64,000 nt of DNA, taken from contig JBITNC010000002.1 in assembly GCA_050084985.1 (NCBI GenBank), forward strand, positions 10,788,001 through 10,852,000, given 5' to 3'. Position numbers and translations under genes: made by a program. Numbering within the stretch: the first letter of the stretch is position 1; every line of letters starts with the position of its first letter. Source of the DNA: Nageia nagi (Eukaryota > Plantae > Pinophyta). Shown here piece by piece: positions 1 through 11,752 of the stretch. A model generated the notes under the pieces. It searched no databases and was not told the origin of the DNA. It worked only from the letters and a program-made list of their open reading frames with translations.

Positions 1-625
1 AAGTCACCTCAGGAATAAAATTCTCCAACATAAAGGGTAATAAGAAGCATGACCTTGAACAAATCCTTAATTACCAAGATTGATAATAAGTATGAGCCCT
101 CAACCTTCAAAGAAGCTTCTAAGCATGAGTGCTGGATGGAAGCCATGAAAGTGGAGTATGGGGTGCTTATAAAAAATAAAACTTGGGATTTGGTTCCTTA
201 TCCCAATGAAAAGAATGGGATTGGTAATAAGTAGATCTATAAGGTCAAGTTCAATTCAGTAGAAGATATTAAGAAATATAAGGCAAGGTTAGTAGCTAAA
301 GGTTTTGCTCAGAAATATGATATAAATTATGAGAAAACCTTTGCTCTCGTGGCAAAGATGCCTACTATGAGAGTTATTCTTACTCTTTCTGCAGCTCAAG
401 GATGGAAAGGTTTTCAACTCAACATCAAGAGTGCATTTCTCAATGGTGAATTAGATATGGAAATCTTCATGAATTAACTAGAAGAGTTTATTGTGAAAGG
501 CAAAGAGTCCTTTGTGTGCAAGCTAAAGAAGTCATTGTATGGACTTAAGCAAGCACCTCAAGCTTGGTATAGAAAGATTTTAGGATACTTTGCTGACATT
601 GGATTCTTCAAGTGTTTTCTGACTC

Positions 626-1035
626 CAATCTATATGTGCTAAATCAAATAAAAGACATGGTCTTAATTCTCCTTTAAATGGATGATTTTTTGATTACTAA
701 GAACAATGATGAAATCATTCAAGAATGCATATCCAAACTTAAGGTAATATTTGAAATGATTGATCTTGATCTCTTGCACTATTATCTTGGAATGTAAGTG
801 TATCAATACAAGGATTATACTTACCTTAATCAATCTATATGTACTCAATCAAGGGAAAGATGTGGTCTTGATTATCTTTTATGTGGATGATCTTTTGATT
901 ACTAAAAATAATGATGAAATCATTCAAGAGTGCATATCCAAACTTAAGGTAACATTTGAAATGATTGATCTTGGTCTCTTGCACTACTATCTTGGAATGC
1001 AAGTGTATCAATATAAGGATTGTAGTTACCTCAAT
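626..1035 (+). repeat. 205-bp tandem duplication inside Copia RT
   Basis: Copies 626-830 and 831-1035, with CAATCTA at 626, 831 and 1036; single copy in the sister element. Confidence 0.9.
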
Positions 1036-2581
1036 CAATCTAAGTATATATTAAACATCCTATAGAAGTTTGGAATGGATAAGTGTAGATATGCTACAAT
1101 CCCAATCTCTCTTGGAATCACTATTTCTCTAAGTTCCAACTCTCAATTAGCTGATGCTATAGCTTACATGCAATTAATTGATAGTCTTTTATATTTAACT
1201 ATATTCAAGCTAGATATTATCTTTGCAATGAATCTAATGGCATAATTCATGCAGAAACCTTATGTTGAGCACCTCAACGTTGTTAAAAAAATCTTGAGGT
1301 ATGTTACAAAGACTAAGGATCTTGCTTTCAAGTATTTCAAGTTGCCCTCATTTTTTCTCTTTAGATTTTCATATTTTGACTATGGGAAAGATAGAGATGA
1401 TAGGAAGTCAACCTCTGTGTATGTGTTTAGCATTGGTTTAGATGCTATCTCTTGGGTTTCCTAGAAGCAACCTAAGGCATCTTTTGAAAGAAATTAGGTA
1501 TGAGTAAGGTGGCTCATATTTAATCTCTTTAGATAATCAATCAACTATTTTTTTGGTTAAGAATCTAGTGTTCTATTAAAAAACAAAACATGTAGAAATC
1601 CATGCCCATTTTATCAGAGAGAAGGTTCTTAATGGTATTATACACCTAGAGTATTGTCTATCCACCTTGAACTCCATTGATTTGTTCACCAAGCCCCTCT
1701 CGAAAGCTCAATTCTGTAAGCTTAGAGATGCTATCAGGTTGGTGAGGTTGCCTTCAAGGGGGAGTGAAGTTTGAATTCTTATATTGAATTCATGTTTATG
1801 ATGATAACTTCACCCTAGGAGGATTTTATGTTGTATAGTGTTGATTTTGTTATACACCTTCATGGTAAGTTCACTCTGCATGAGGAACTTCTTGTATAAA
1901 ATTGGCCAATCTAGCATTGTTTATTTATCCATGTGTGAGAAACTCTTATTTGTCTTTTGGCACTATTCAGTTATCCATATGTGAGGAACTCATATGTGCA
2001 TACTCTATTTTTGGTCAATCTAGTGTTGTTTAGTTATCCATGTATGAAGAACTCTTATGTGTCTTTTAGCACTATTCAATTATCCATATGTGAGGAACTC
2101 ATATGTGCATGCTCTATTTTGTAATAATAATCAACACATGTCTTATATATAGCAGGTGATTATAAGATTTTGGCATAGCATCTTCGTGATGACTTATAGT
2201 GCATCATTGATTAGTTCATGATAGCATTTGTATGATTCATTTATTCTTGTTGATATGAATATGATGCATCTAACTAATCTTATTATTTGAGTTACTTATG
2301 ACTTGCAGGTTCCTTTGAGATTGCAAGTTAGTTACCTCAGGTATGCAGGCTCTTGAAGACTTTTCATGACTGCCAATTGGATGACTACTTCATGTACATT
2401 GAAATTAACTGTGGTTAATGATTGTATTTAGAAGAGTAGCGAGTCCCAAACTACATCTTTTTTACTTCACAAATATGGAAAATGTTCTCATCTCCATTGT
2501 ATCTATTTGGAGGAGATTTCTCTTACTTTCTTTTCTTCTTCTCTCTTACTCGCTCTATCCCAATATTGCATTAAGGGGGAG

Positions 2582-3079
2582 TGTTGGAATGTATAATGCA
2601 TTATTGTAAATGTTTGTGTTAAATATTCTATGTAAATTCACTAATACTTAAGGGTATCATTTGATACCTTAAGTATTTAAGTGAATATGATAATATAACT
2701 TATCCTACACTCCATGTCATGAGCATGCCCCTTGGGTAAAAGGATGTGCATGTCATGCTTTTGTACATTAGATAAAAAAGTGATCCAAAGAGGATTTTTG
2801 CCTATAAATAGAAGGCTCCCTCTTTGTGATCATACACCAATTATGGAGTAAAGTTATGCTATAGGATAGAAGTGTAGGAGTTGAGATTAGGAGAATTGTA
2901 AGAGAGTTGTATTTGTGATTGAAGTAAAGATCTAGTTATGGATGTACTCCTAGTTGCAAGAACCACTTACATCTTATGTTGTGAGATTTCTTTGTGAGTT
3001 TGTTAGATGTAATTGTGAGCTTTCATGTCATCTTGGTTGATTAGGAATTATCTTGTTAGTGTTAGTTCCTTTAATGTCA
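2582..3079 (+). repeat. 3' LTR of Copia element (~498 bp, TG...CA)
   Basis: Starts TGTTGGAATG right after the PPT, ends ...AATGTCA; contains CTATAAATAG TATA box; homologous to the reverse complement of 52149-52647 and 59996-60481. Confidence 0.88.
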
Positions 3080-6000
3080 GTGTTGGGTGTTTGAGGTGCA
3101 CTATAACCAACATTATTTTGTATGTGAAGAACACCCATATTGTAATTTATGAAGCATGAATTATGTATATTTATTTAGAGAAATATAAGGAATATTCCAT
3201 TCATATTAGGTGTTCATGTATTGATTTTCCACTTTTGTTCATTATGTGTGATCATGCTATAGAAAAACATATTCACTATGTTTTCCCATAGTAAAATTAA
3301 TAAGCATTTGGGGACCATTTATTTTACATCACATCTCATTTTCTATGGGTATTATATATTTGTAAATACATTATCAATACCTTTCCAATGATATATTATA
3401 CCCCATACTTTGTGTGAAATATGCCACCCTTCATCCATGTTTTTCCATACATAGTCGACTCAATCATTCATCTTGGTATGATTCTTTAATATTTTTAAAT
3501 TAGACTTCATCCCCTTTTCAACCATATATAACACTTCAAATATCCTTTGAGAAATGCTAAATTTATGCGATATTCTTTTCACCTCTGTGTGCAACCTGTC
3601 AACTTTGAAGTCTTTAGTGATCAAGTTTCTTAATTCACTAAAGTTACTTTTCTCCAAAATTTAAGGGTATCTCATCATTGAGAAGATGATTTCTCCATAT
3701 TTCTAACTATATATTACATGATCCACTTTTATCTAAAATTTTCAAAGTTACAGTACTATGAGGGTGACCCTAACATTAGAGAACAACTCCAATTGGTGAC
3801 CAAAAATCAACCTAGTGACTTCAACTTTAGACCCAATTCTCTTAATATTTGCTAATCCATTTTGGTGATGGAATACATCGTATACAAATTTCCATAGATC
3901 TAAAAATCTATTTGATGCATGTGAGTGCTCATTGAAAATGTCTCTTTTACCTCTTTTCAAATATATTAAAATAATCATATTTTATGTTATTTCATCATGG
4001 CAACCAGGCCAATATTCATAATACTCTATTCTCACATTCCATGTTGGTAAAGGAGTTCGCTATTCATTAGAGCATTAGAAAACTTTAGTACATTTTAAAC
4101 AAATTATTTACATTATATATATCATTTACCTCTTTAAAATCCTTTAGTAATGGAATTGAAGGTAATCGGTATCAAATTTTGGCAGTTTTTGAGGTTATTT
4201 GTTAACACTTGAAGGTTGGAAAACCTATAAATTCTATCATGGTATCAAAGCCTAATCTTGCATTTCAACAGCTTTGCAACCCTTAAAATTATAACATGGT
4301 ATTAGAGCAAAGTTCAATCTAGATGGGTTCAATGAACCTATGATTGACAACATGGTGAAATCTAAGGGGAGATCGTCATCATTTTCTTATATAGTTAAAA
4401 CATTTTCATATTAACAGGGAGAATGGAAGAATTTATTTCTTCATAAATTTTAATGTTTCAAATGTTTAATTTCAAATATATGTTAAAATTCTAATTTGGT
4501 GGACAAAGCCAAAAAGGGGTGCATATTTTTAAATTTTTGTATCTCATGCATGCCCTCTGCTATAAATTGTAATGTATTTGGTGAAAATATTTGTCTCACG
4601 TACTCCACCCTGCAATGATATAGACAAGAGATCTACATTAGGTTTGTTGATAGATCCTTTGCATGAGTGAGTATGGTTTCCATCCCACTCTTCATCTATA
4701 ATATTTACACCAATCCAATGCCCATGTACTTTTTCCTCCATTCTTCTAGAAGTTGTAACACTCCAGTGCTTGTAGTACCTACATGCAATACCCATCTATA
4801 ATGTCATTACTCCTCCAACGAATCCATTAAATCATATTCTTGATCACTACACTCATGGAGTCAATATTTTGTATAAATGATTGTATTGAGTACAACCATA
4901 TCTTTCATGCTCAAGCTAGCTACAAATTAGCTAGAGCCTCCTTTGCCTATGGCGTTGAGTAATGTATATGTCTTCTTTGCAGCAGCTCGTGAGTGCCCCA
5001 TAGTACCACATATCTCTCTTACACAAAAGTCATTTGTTGGATAATTACATACAGTTTGGCCATAGTCTCATTTGCACAAATGAGCCCATGTGCTTCATAT
5101 ATGAATCAATTTTGATTCACATTAGAGATTAGAAGAAATAATCTTTATAACTATTTAGGACTTTATGGCTTTGTTGGGGATATTTGAGGTTTATCCAATT
5201 GATGTAATCATTTGAACCTTATAGTTGTAGTGTGGAAAATTTATTCATACCATTAAAGACCATAGCACTTTCCTTTTGTGCATGGTAGTGTTGGGTTCTT
5301 GAGATGCACTATAAATAACTCAATTTTGTACATGAAGAACAACCATGTTCTAAATTATGAAGCATGTTGTATGTATTTTTATTTTAAAAAATATAAAGAA
5401 TATTCCATTCATATTTGGCATTTATGTATTGATTTTTCACTTCTTTCCATTTTGTGTGATCATCCTATATAAAAATATGTTCACTATATTTTCTCATAGT
5501 AAAATTAGTAAGCTTTTGGGGGCCATTTATTTTGTACCTCATTTCGTTATGGGTATTACATATTTGGAAAGGCCTTATTGATAAATTTCCAATGATATAT
5601 TACATCCAATATTATTTTTGCAATATTCCACCCTTCCTTTCATTCATATTTTTCCACACACAGTCAACTTAGTCCATACATTTTCCATATTGGTAGGCTT
5701 TCATGTTGTCAAGAATTAGTAGATATTTATCCATCCTATTGAATTGATTCTTAAATATTTATAAATTTTATTTTTTTACATTTATAATCATATATAATAC
5801 TTGGAATATACATTGATAATTACCATATTTATGCAACATTCTTTTCACCTGTTTGTATAGTATGACAACTATGAAATCTAAAGTGACCAAGTTTCCTTGT
5901 CATTGATTAGCCAAAGTTCCTTTGCTCTAAATTTTTTGGGTATTTCATTATTGAAAAGTTGATTTCTCCATATTGTAAACCATATATTACATGACCCACT

Positions 6001-6703
6001 TTTTCCAAAATCACCAATGTCACAATAATCTAAAGGTGACCTTGTCATTAGCAAATAACTCCAATTGGTGATAAGAAATCAACCTAGCAACCTCAACTTC
6101 ATACCCAATTTGCTAGAGATATTTTTATCCATTTTTATGATAAGATACATAAATACCATTCCAACCATATCTCATAAGGTATATATTTTCAAATTTGTGT
6201 TTGGCAACTTGGTCGTCCTATTTATTATAGTCGTCACATTTCCTAGTCATCATAATTTTGGTAGTTTGGCAACTTGAACTTCAAATATAAATTGCTAGAT
6301 ATTTAAAGCTTCATTTGAGGTGTGTGTGTAATCATTAGAAATATCTCTTTGACCTCTATTAAAACATATAAAAATAATCATATTTTCAATTATTTCATCA
6401 TGGAGACCAGGCCAATTCTCATAACATTGTTCTCACACTACACGCTAACAAATAAGTTTTCCAATTGTTGTAGCATCAACAAAATTTAATATAGATTCAA
6501 TATACTTTTTACATCAATAGAGCTCATTTATCTCTTTAAAATCGTTCAAACATAGAATTGAAGGTTTGTATAAGAGTTTAACACCATTTGAGGTTGTTCA
6601 TCAACACTTGAAAGTTGGCAGACCTACAAATTCAATCATGCTATCAGAGCTTAATCTTGCAATTTGCTAGTTGTACAATATAGTGACCCTTAAAATTATA
6701 ACA
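3080..6703 (+). mobile_element. Non-autonomous LTR element with long LTRs and ~77-bp internal region (5' LTR interrupted by the Copia)
   Basis: 3080-4296 is a diverged direct repeat of ~5288-6703, both ending CCTTAAAATTATAACA; the first copy is followed by PBS TGGTATTAGAGC (4297-4308), then PPT AAGGGGAGA (4364-4372), then (T>C)GTCATC at 4374. Confidence 0.7.
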
Positions 6704-7489
6704 TTAGCAACATATTAACTTCACAATTAGGTTTTTATTTTATCATCTACATATTGGTGAACCCAACTCTTTTATTTTTCAAATCTTCAAGCTAGGGTTT
6801 GATAAAATTATTTTAAAATGTTGTAATTGTTACGAAAAATATCTTCTATTGTTATAATTAGTCCTCATCATGATTTTGATAAAGAAATTACAAATGTATC
6901 GAGTGAAGATACTAACATTGAATGCAAAAAAAAAAAAAAACTAAACTTTCTCCAAAAAGAAAAAGTACAAGGTTGCAACTCAAGAATCAATAGGAAAGAT
7001 CCAATAAGATTGATAGCTCCATGGAAGATCCAATAAGACTGATCAAGGTATACATAGTATGGAAAAGCTCTACAAAATATTCCCCTAACAGAATGGTGGA
7101 TCAAGGAGTTAAAATCGATGAAGAGTCCTAAGATGAAGGCTTTCAAACACCAAGGGATCAGAGGTTACTTGGGAGTTCTTTCTCAACTAAGGATGCAAGC
7201 ATAACAAAATCTGTCAATCAAGTAATGGAATAAGGTACTCAAAGAAATAAAAAATCAAATAAATAAACACCTCATGTAAATAAGGAACTTAGGATGGGTA
7301 TGGTGTCATCACCAAATCAAGAAGATATTTTTAAAGTAATCAATGAAAATGATGATATATTGAGAGATGTGATTCAAAAGGAGAAATATACTATTATCAA
7401 ATTTATTCAAGAAACATTGATACCAGAAAAAGCTAATGTACGAAAAATTATTTAGATACATAACTTAGGTTTTTCATTTGTAATCAATA

Positions 7490-9653
7490 ATCTTACTGCA
7501 TTTTGTGGCTTCATCTTGTGAAAGGATGGTACAAGACCTCCTATCACTTTTCTTCTAATATAACACCTTCCTTCATCTATTGTATCTTACCTACTTGCAC
7601 TCCTAGGAAAAGTTCTATTTGCGTTATTTTTTGCATCACAAAAATATTTCTAAATACACTGATGCAAATTACGTCGAGATGCATCACCTTGTGTTAATTT
7701 TTTTACACATTTTTTGATGCAAATTTTGATGTCAATTTCAATGCAAAGTTTGTCACATTTCACTAGCAAAAATTAAAATGCATTTGACCTATTCATCAAT
7801 CTACTAATCAATGGCTCACATTCATTTTGTCCTCCATCCATACCAAAAATGATTACCCAATAGCCAAATACCCTCTTTGGACTATATATATCAATAAACC
7901 ATCCCCATAATCCTCACATTTCATACTTCGACTAATTTATTTTCATAGGTATACGCTTTGTATTTGAATTCCTTAGATTTCAGGTTTTGATCGTAGCCAT
8001 GGTGCCCTAAATAGAGAAGAAACCAATGGTAGGGAAATCTCTTATTACATAAAAGAAAATTGCTTTGAGGATCAATAAGAAATTTCCCAAAGAACCAAGT
8101 GAAATAAATGGACAATAACATCAAAATCTTTATTGTATTATTTGGGAAAAATATATACAATAAATTCAAGTTTTCAAAACCTAAACCACTAACCCCATTC
8201 CTAAAATGGTTCAATGAACTATTTTCATTGCCATAAAGAACTATTAAACAAGGAACTCTAAGATATAGAGTAAATCACAAAAGTGGATAAAAAATTGATC
8301 AATTATATATATATATATATATATATCATCCCATTTACTAGGAATGTGGCACGTTGCATCATTATAAAAATGATGCACCTTACAGAGGTCGTAACTTTTG
8401 ATCATGATATCATTTTGAACCTTTTTTTTAGATTACCTAGAATTAAAAGATCTACAACTTTGTAATATCTTCTTGCAAAAATCGATGCAAAATCTAACAC
8501 AAAAATTGACAATTCAATGTAAAATTTGATGCAAAATGTGACACAAAAAAGGATGCAAAAACTATCGCATGAAATGCGTCGAAATTTGTATCGCTTTTTA
8601 TGTTTAAATTTTAAAAAAGACATTGCTCTATTTTTTTTATGCAAATAGAATGGTTTTAAGTAGTATTGGTACCTCCATGTTAGAGGCAGTGGATGATATG
8701 CACACCACTCACATCAACATCTTATAATCTTTGAAAGATAATATGACCATAAAATAGAATCAAATGAAATAATAAAATGACCAACATAAGCAAAGCAACA
8801 TTTTGAAATTGAAGATATCATCTTCCTTCAATTCCATCTCTACAAATAAACATCTTTGAAATTTAAAGATCATCAAAAACTTGACCCAACGTTTTATCGA
8901 CTTTACAAAGTCACTCAATAGATTGGTATAATCACATATAAACTAGAGTTACCATCTACTGCTAAGATCCTTCTAGTTTTTCATATCTCTTACCTAAAAA
9001 AGGCAGTTTGCAATCATATTTGCACTTAAACAATAATCTTAGAACTAGACTAGGAAGGTTTTTTACTCGTAAAAATAGAAACAATCCTTGGTTGACATGA
9101 ACATTAGCTTTTATTTCAAGAAATAACTAAAGTATTGGTATAATGGGAAGGATTACTCCATGAAGATGTGACATAGGAGTCCCTTTAAGACTTTCTCAAT
9201 AATTTTTAGAATTCACGATTTTGAGGATAAAGCTTGCCTAAGGGGGATGGCATGTTATGTACACATTTTATATCAATTGAAAAGGGAATATATAAGTAAT
9301 TAAACATGTGTCACTCATTATTGTAAGGAAGGGAATACATGTCATATATTGTTGTCAGGAAATATAGGCATATATGAATAATGCATATAAGGAATATTAT
9401 GTAAGGGAATATAGGGTACATGTAAGACATGCATGTGAAGAAATATTCTTCTTTGGATATCTTTCTTATAAAAAGACAAGAATGGAAACCATGAGGTAGC
9501 ATATATTTAGTATTGATTTACTCAAGTTGGGAGATTTCCCCCTTGAAGATGCTTACAAAATAGAAAGAGAAGTGTTATTTTCTATCATTATATTATATTA
9601 TATTATATATATAATCTTGCATTTCTACATTATTTTCTATAGGAACTCTAACA
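7490..9653 (+). mobile_element. Ty3/Gypsy chromovirus 3' remnant: integrase C-terminus, chromodomain, PPT and 3' LTR (9253-9653)
   Basis: WYKTSYHFSSNITP; LEAVDD...LKDN; QKLDPTFYRLYKV...YKLELPSTAKILLVFHISYLKKA (GPY/F region); KVLV*WEGLLHEDVT*E (chromodomain-like); PPT AAGGGGGATGG then TGTTATG...CTAACA. Confidence 0.8.
7598..8665. mobile_element. Non-autonomous CACTA (En/Spm) DNA transposon
   Basis: Degenerate TIRs CACTCCTAGGAAAAGTTCTATTTGC / GCAAATAGAATGGTTTTAAGTAGTA; 3-bp TSD TTG (7595-7597, 8666-8668); subterminal GATGCAAA repeats; interrupts the Gypsy integrase sequence. Confidence 0.8.
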
Positions 9654-11371
9654 TTGTTATTTATTATCATCTTTAACTTTTGTACTAGATTCCTCTCCAC
9701 AATCGAGTTCTTGGTTTTCATATAAGTGAATACCAAATCCTTCCAAGTCGATTACATTAATAACAAGGCCAAGGCTTCCAAATCTTGGAAGCTATGAAAC
9801 TAAAATTTTAGTGGGCTTGAAGGATAACCACAAATGACTAACTTTTACTTGTTAATAATCAAACAAAGAATTTAAGAAATAGAGTAAAAATGAATCCTAA
9901 ATTATACAAGTGGTATGTACTAGCATATTAAAGAAGGTACAAACCTCAAGGAATTCACCATGTTTGGAAAATTGTACTAGTTTGTATAAAACATGGAAAT
10001 TAAAGGAAATCATAAGAGCAAGGGACATAAAATTTATGCCAAAGAAGAAAATAATCAATCTAAGGAGGAAACCATAAAAATACGATCCATTTGCAGGGGG
10101 AGTTGAGGACAAAGAAGATAAATATCATTACCACCATATCATAAGATAATCAAAAGTAGCCCAAGGTTAGGAATGACAATCATGAAAAATTAACAACTTA
10201 GTTAAAATTAACCTCTCAAGAAGAATAACCACATTAAACATTGTAATTCAAGAGCTAAAAGAAGGGGTCCTATTTTGGTTACATGTGAATCAAAGGTAAT
10301 CCTCTCACTTTCATCATTAATTATGTTAGTCTTACAAATATCACATCTTTATCTATCATCAAGAAGATGAATTCATATACTAAATAAGGCTTCTTAATTG
10401 TATGCATTGAAGTAGTTGAGTAGACAAAAGAGCTAAAAAAATCCAATCATTATGATCATCTCTCATACATTCTTTATGTTATGACACCCTAACATATCTA
10501 TGACATTTTGCTTTTGGATAATCTTACATAATTAAGGGTGTCACATCACAAATAAATTCATCCTATAAATGTGATGATGTACAAATAATTATCAATCATA
10601 TATGTAGAAAAAACATGATGTTTATGAAAACTGAAGTATGAATTGTAATATTTATATTTTGTTTATATTTTTACATGTATTTATACATAATATTTTAAAC
10701 TTATATTTTATCTTTAAATGTAAACATTAATACAAATAAAAATAATTGATAATCAAAATATAACATATTTTATATTTTCTTTCTAATATTTGAAACTTAT
10801 GTATTATCTCTAAATATAAGCACATCAAACCACCACATAAGGTTTTAAGTCTCTATTATATGACTCATGCATAGCCCAAACCAAACTGAATTAGTTTCAA
10901 CTTACTCTATCTCTCCATGGCCAACCCAGCAAAATTTCCAAAGGTACATTATCTATTGTAGGCTTAAGAATCTGTTACAATCAAAGTATCAAAACCAACA
11001 CCAAAACATGTATTCCACACAATTTTCGTGAATTATGTGACGGTGCAAATTGTCAAGACTCATCATATACTCGATATTCTTATGGTTATATTTAGAAGAT
11101 TACAGCCAGACATGGCATAGGATCTGGATCCCAATCTTCCTCTTTGGTGGATTCAAACCGACTTCCTCTGAACTAATCCTTTCATTCATTCATAGAGAGA
11201 AGGAAGAAAGCAAGAAAGATGAAAAAAATATATCTAAGATGAAAAAAATATATCTTCCTTCCTTCCTCTTCCTCTTCTGAAAGCACACCATACTGAATGT
11301 TTTGCCATTTTCGGTTGTCAAGTCATTTACATAATCTTTGGTGCTGAGAACATCTCGAAAGCTTAACCTGA

Positions 11372-11752
11372 ATGGCTACCAGAAGAGTAGCCTTCTTGGC
11401 ATGCATCTGTGTTTTGGTGGTTATGTTTTCTTGTCTGTCAAATGCTGTGTGGATCTCAGATGACTCCATTGCTGCATTTGGAGGAGAGAATAGTTGTAAT
11501 GGAAGTATGGGAGAATGTGGGATTTCTAACGAGGAAGGAGACGAAGATGAGGAGGATTCGAGCCATGGAAGGCAGCTGAGTCGTCGTAGAGGCTACATCA
11601 GTTATGGGTCGTTGGGTTCCGGCAGGATTCCGTGCCGTCCACGGTCCGGGAGATCTTACTACAACCATCAATGTTGGCAAGCCAGAGGACCCGTTAACCC
11701 CTACAAGAGAGCTTGCAGTAAGATCACTCGATGCTACCGTGATACCGAATAA
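11372..11752 (+). CDS. RALF: Rapid alkalinization factor precursor, RALF34-like (126 aa, single exon)
   Basis: Hydrophobic signal peptide; CNGSMGEC and acidic pro-region; YISY motif; four mature-domain cysteines; RIPCRPRSGRSYY...C..ARGPVNPY.R.CS.ITRC matches the RALF34 subfamily pattern. Confidence 0.95.
   Translation: MATRRVAFLACICVLVVMFSCLSNAVWISDDSIAAFGGENSCNGSMGECGISNEEGDEDEEDSSHGRQLSRRRGYISYGSLGSGRIPCRPRSGRSYYNHQCWQARGPVNPYKRACSKITRCYRDTE

Larger units (their letters stand above)
1..3079 (+). mobile_element. Ty1/Copia LTR retrotransposon, 3' part (degenerate RT, RNase H, 3' UTR, PPT, 3' LTR); 5' part outside window
   Basis: Copia RT motifs EPSTFKEA...WMEAMKVE...[37 protein letters not shown]; RNase H DRKSTSVYVF...KTKHVEIHAHFIREK; many stops and frameshifts; PPT AAGGGGGAG at 2573-2581; colinear with the minus-strand copy at 52149-54990. 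Confidence 0.95.

Noticed and set aside
3300-6700. Endogenous caulimovirus (suggested by multiple tRNA-Met PBS motifs)
   Set aside because: No movement protein, coat protein or RT motifs; the direct-repeat, PBS and PPT layout fits an LTR element.
10480-10545. 66-bp element with TGACACCCT...AGGGTGTCA inverted ends
   Set aside because: No TSD; most likely a collapsed LTR relic and too short to support a call.
11050-11280. 76-aa ORF upstream of RALF as a regulatory uORF or peptide
   Set aside because: Non-ATG start, low complexity and no recognisable motif.
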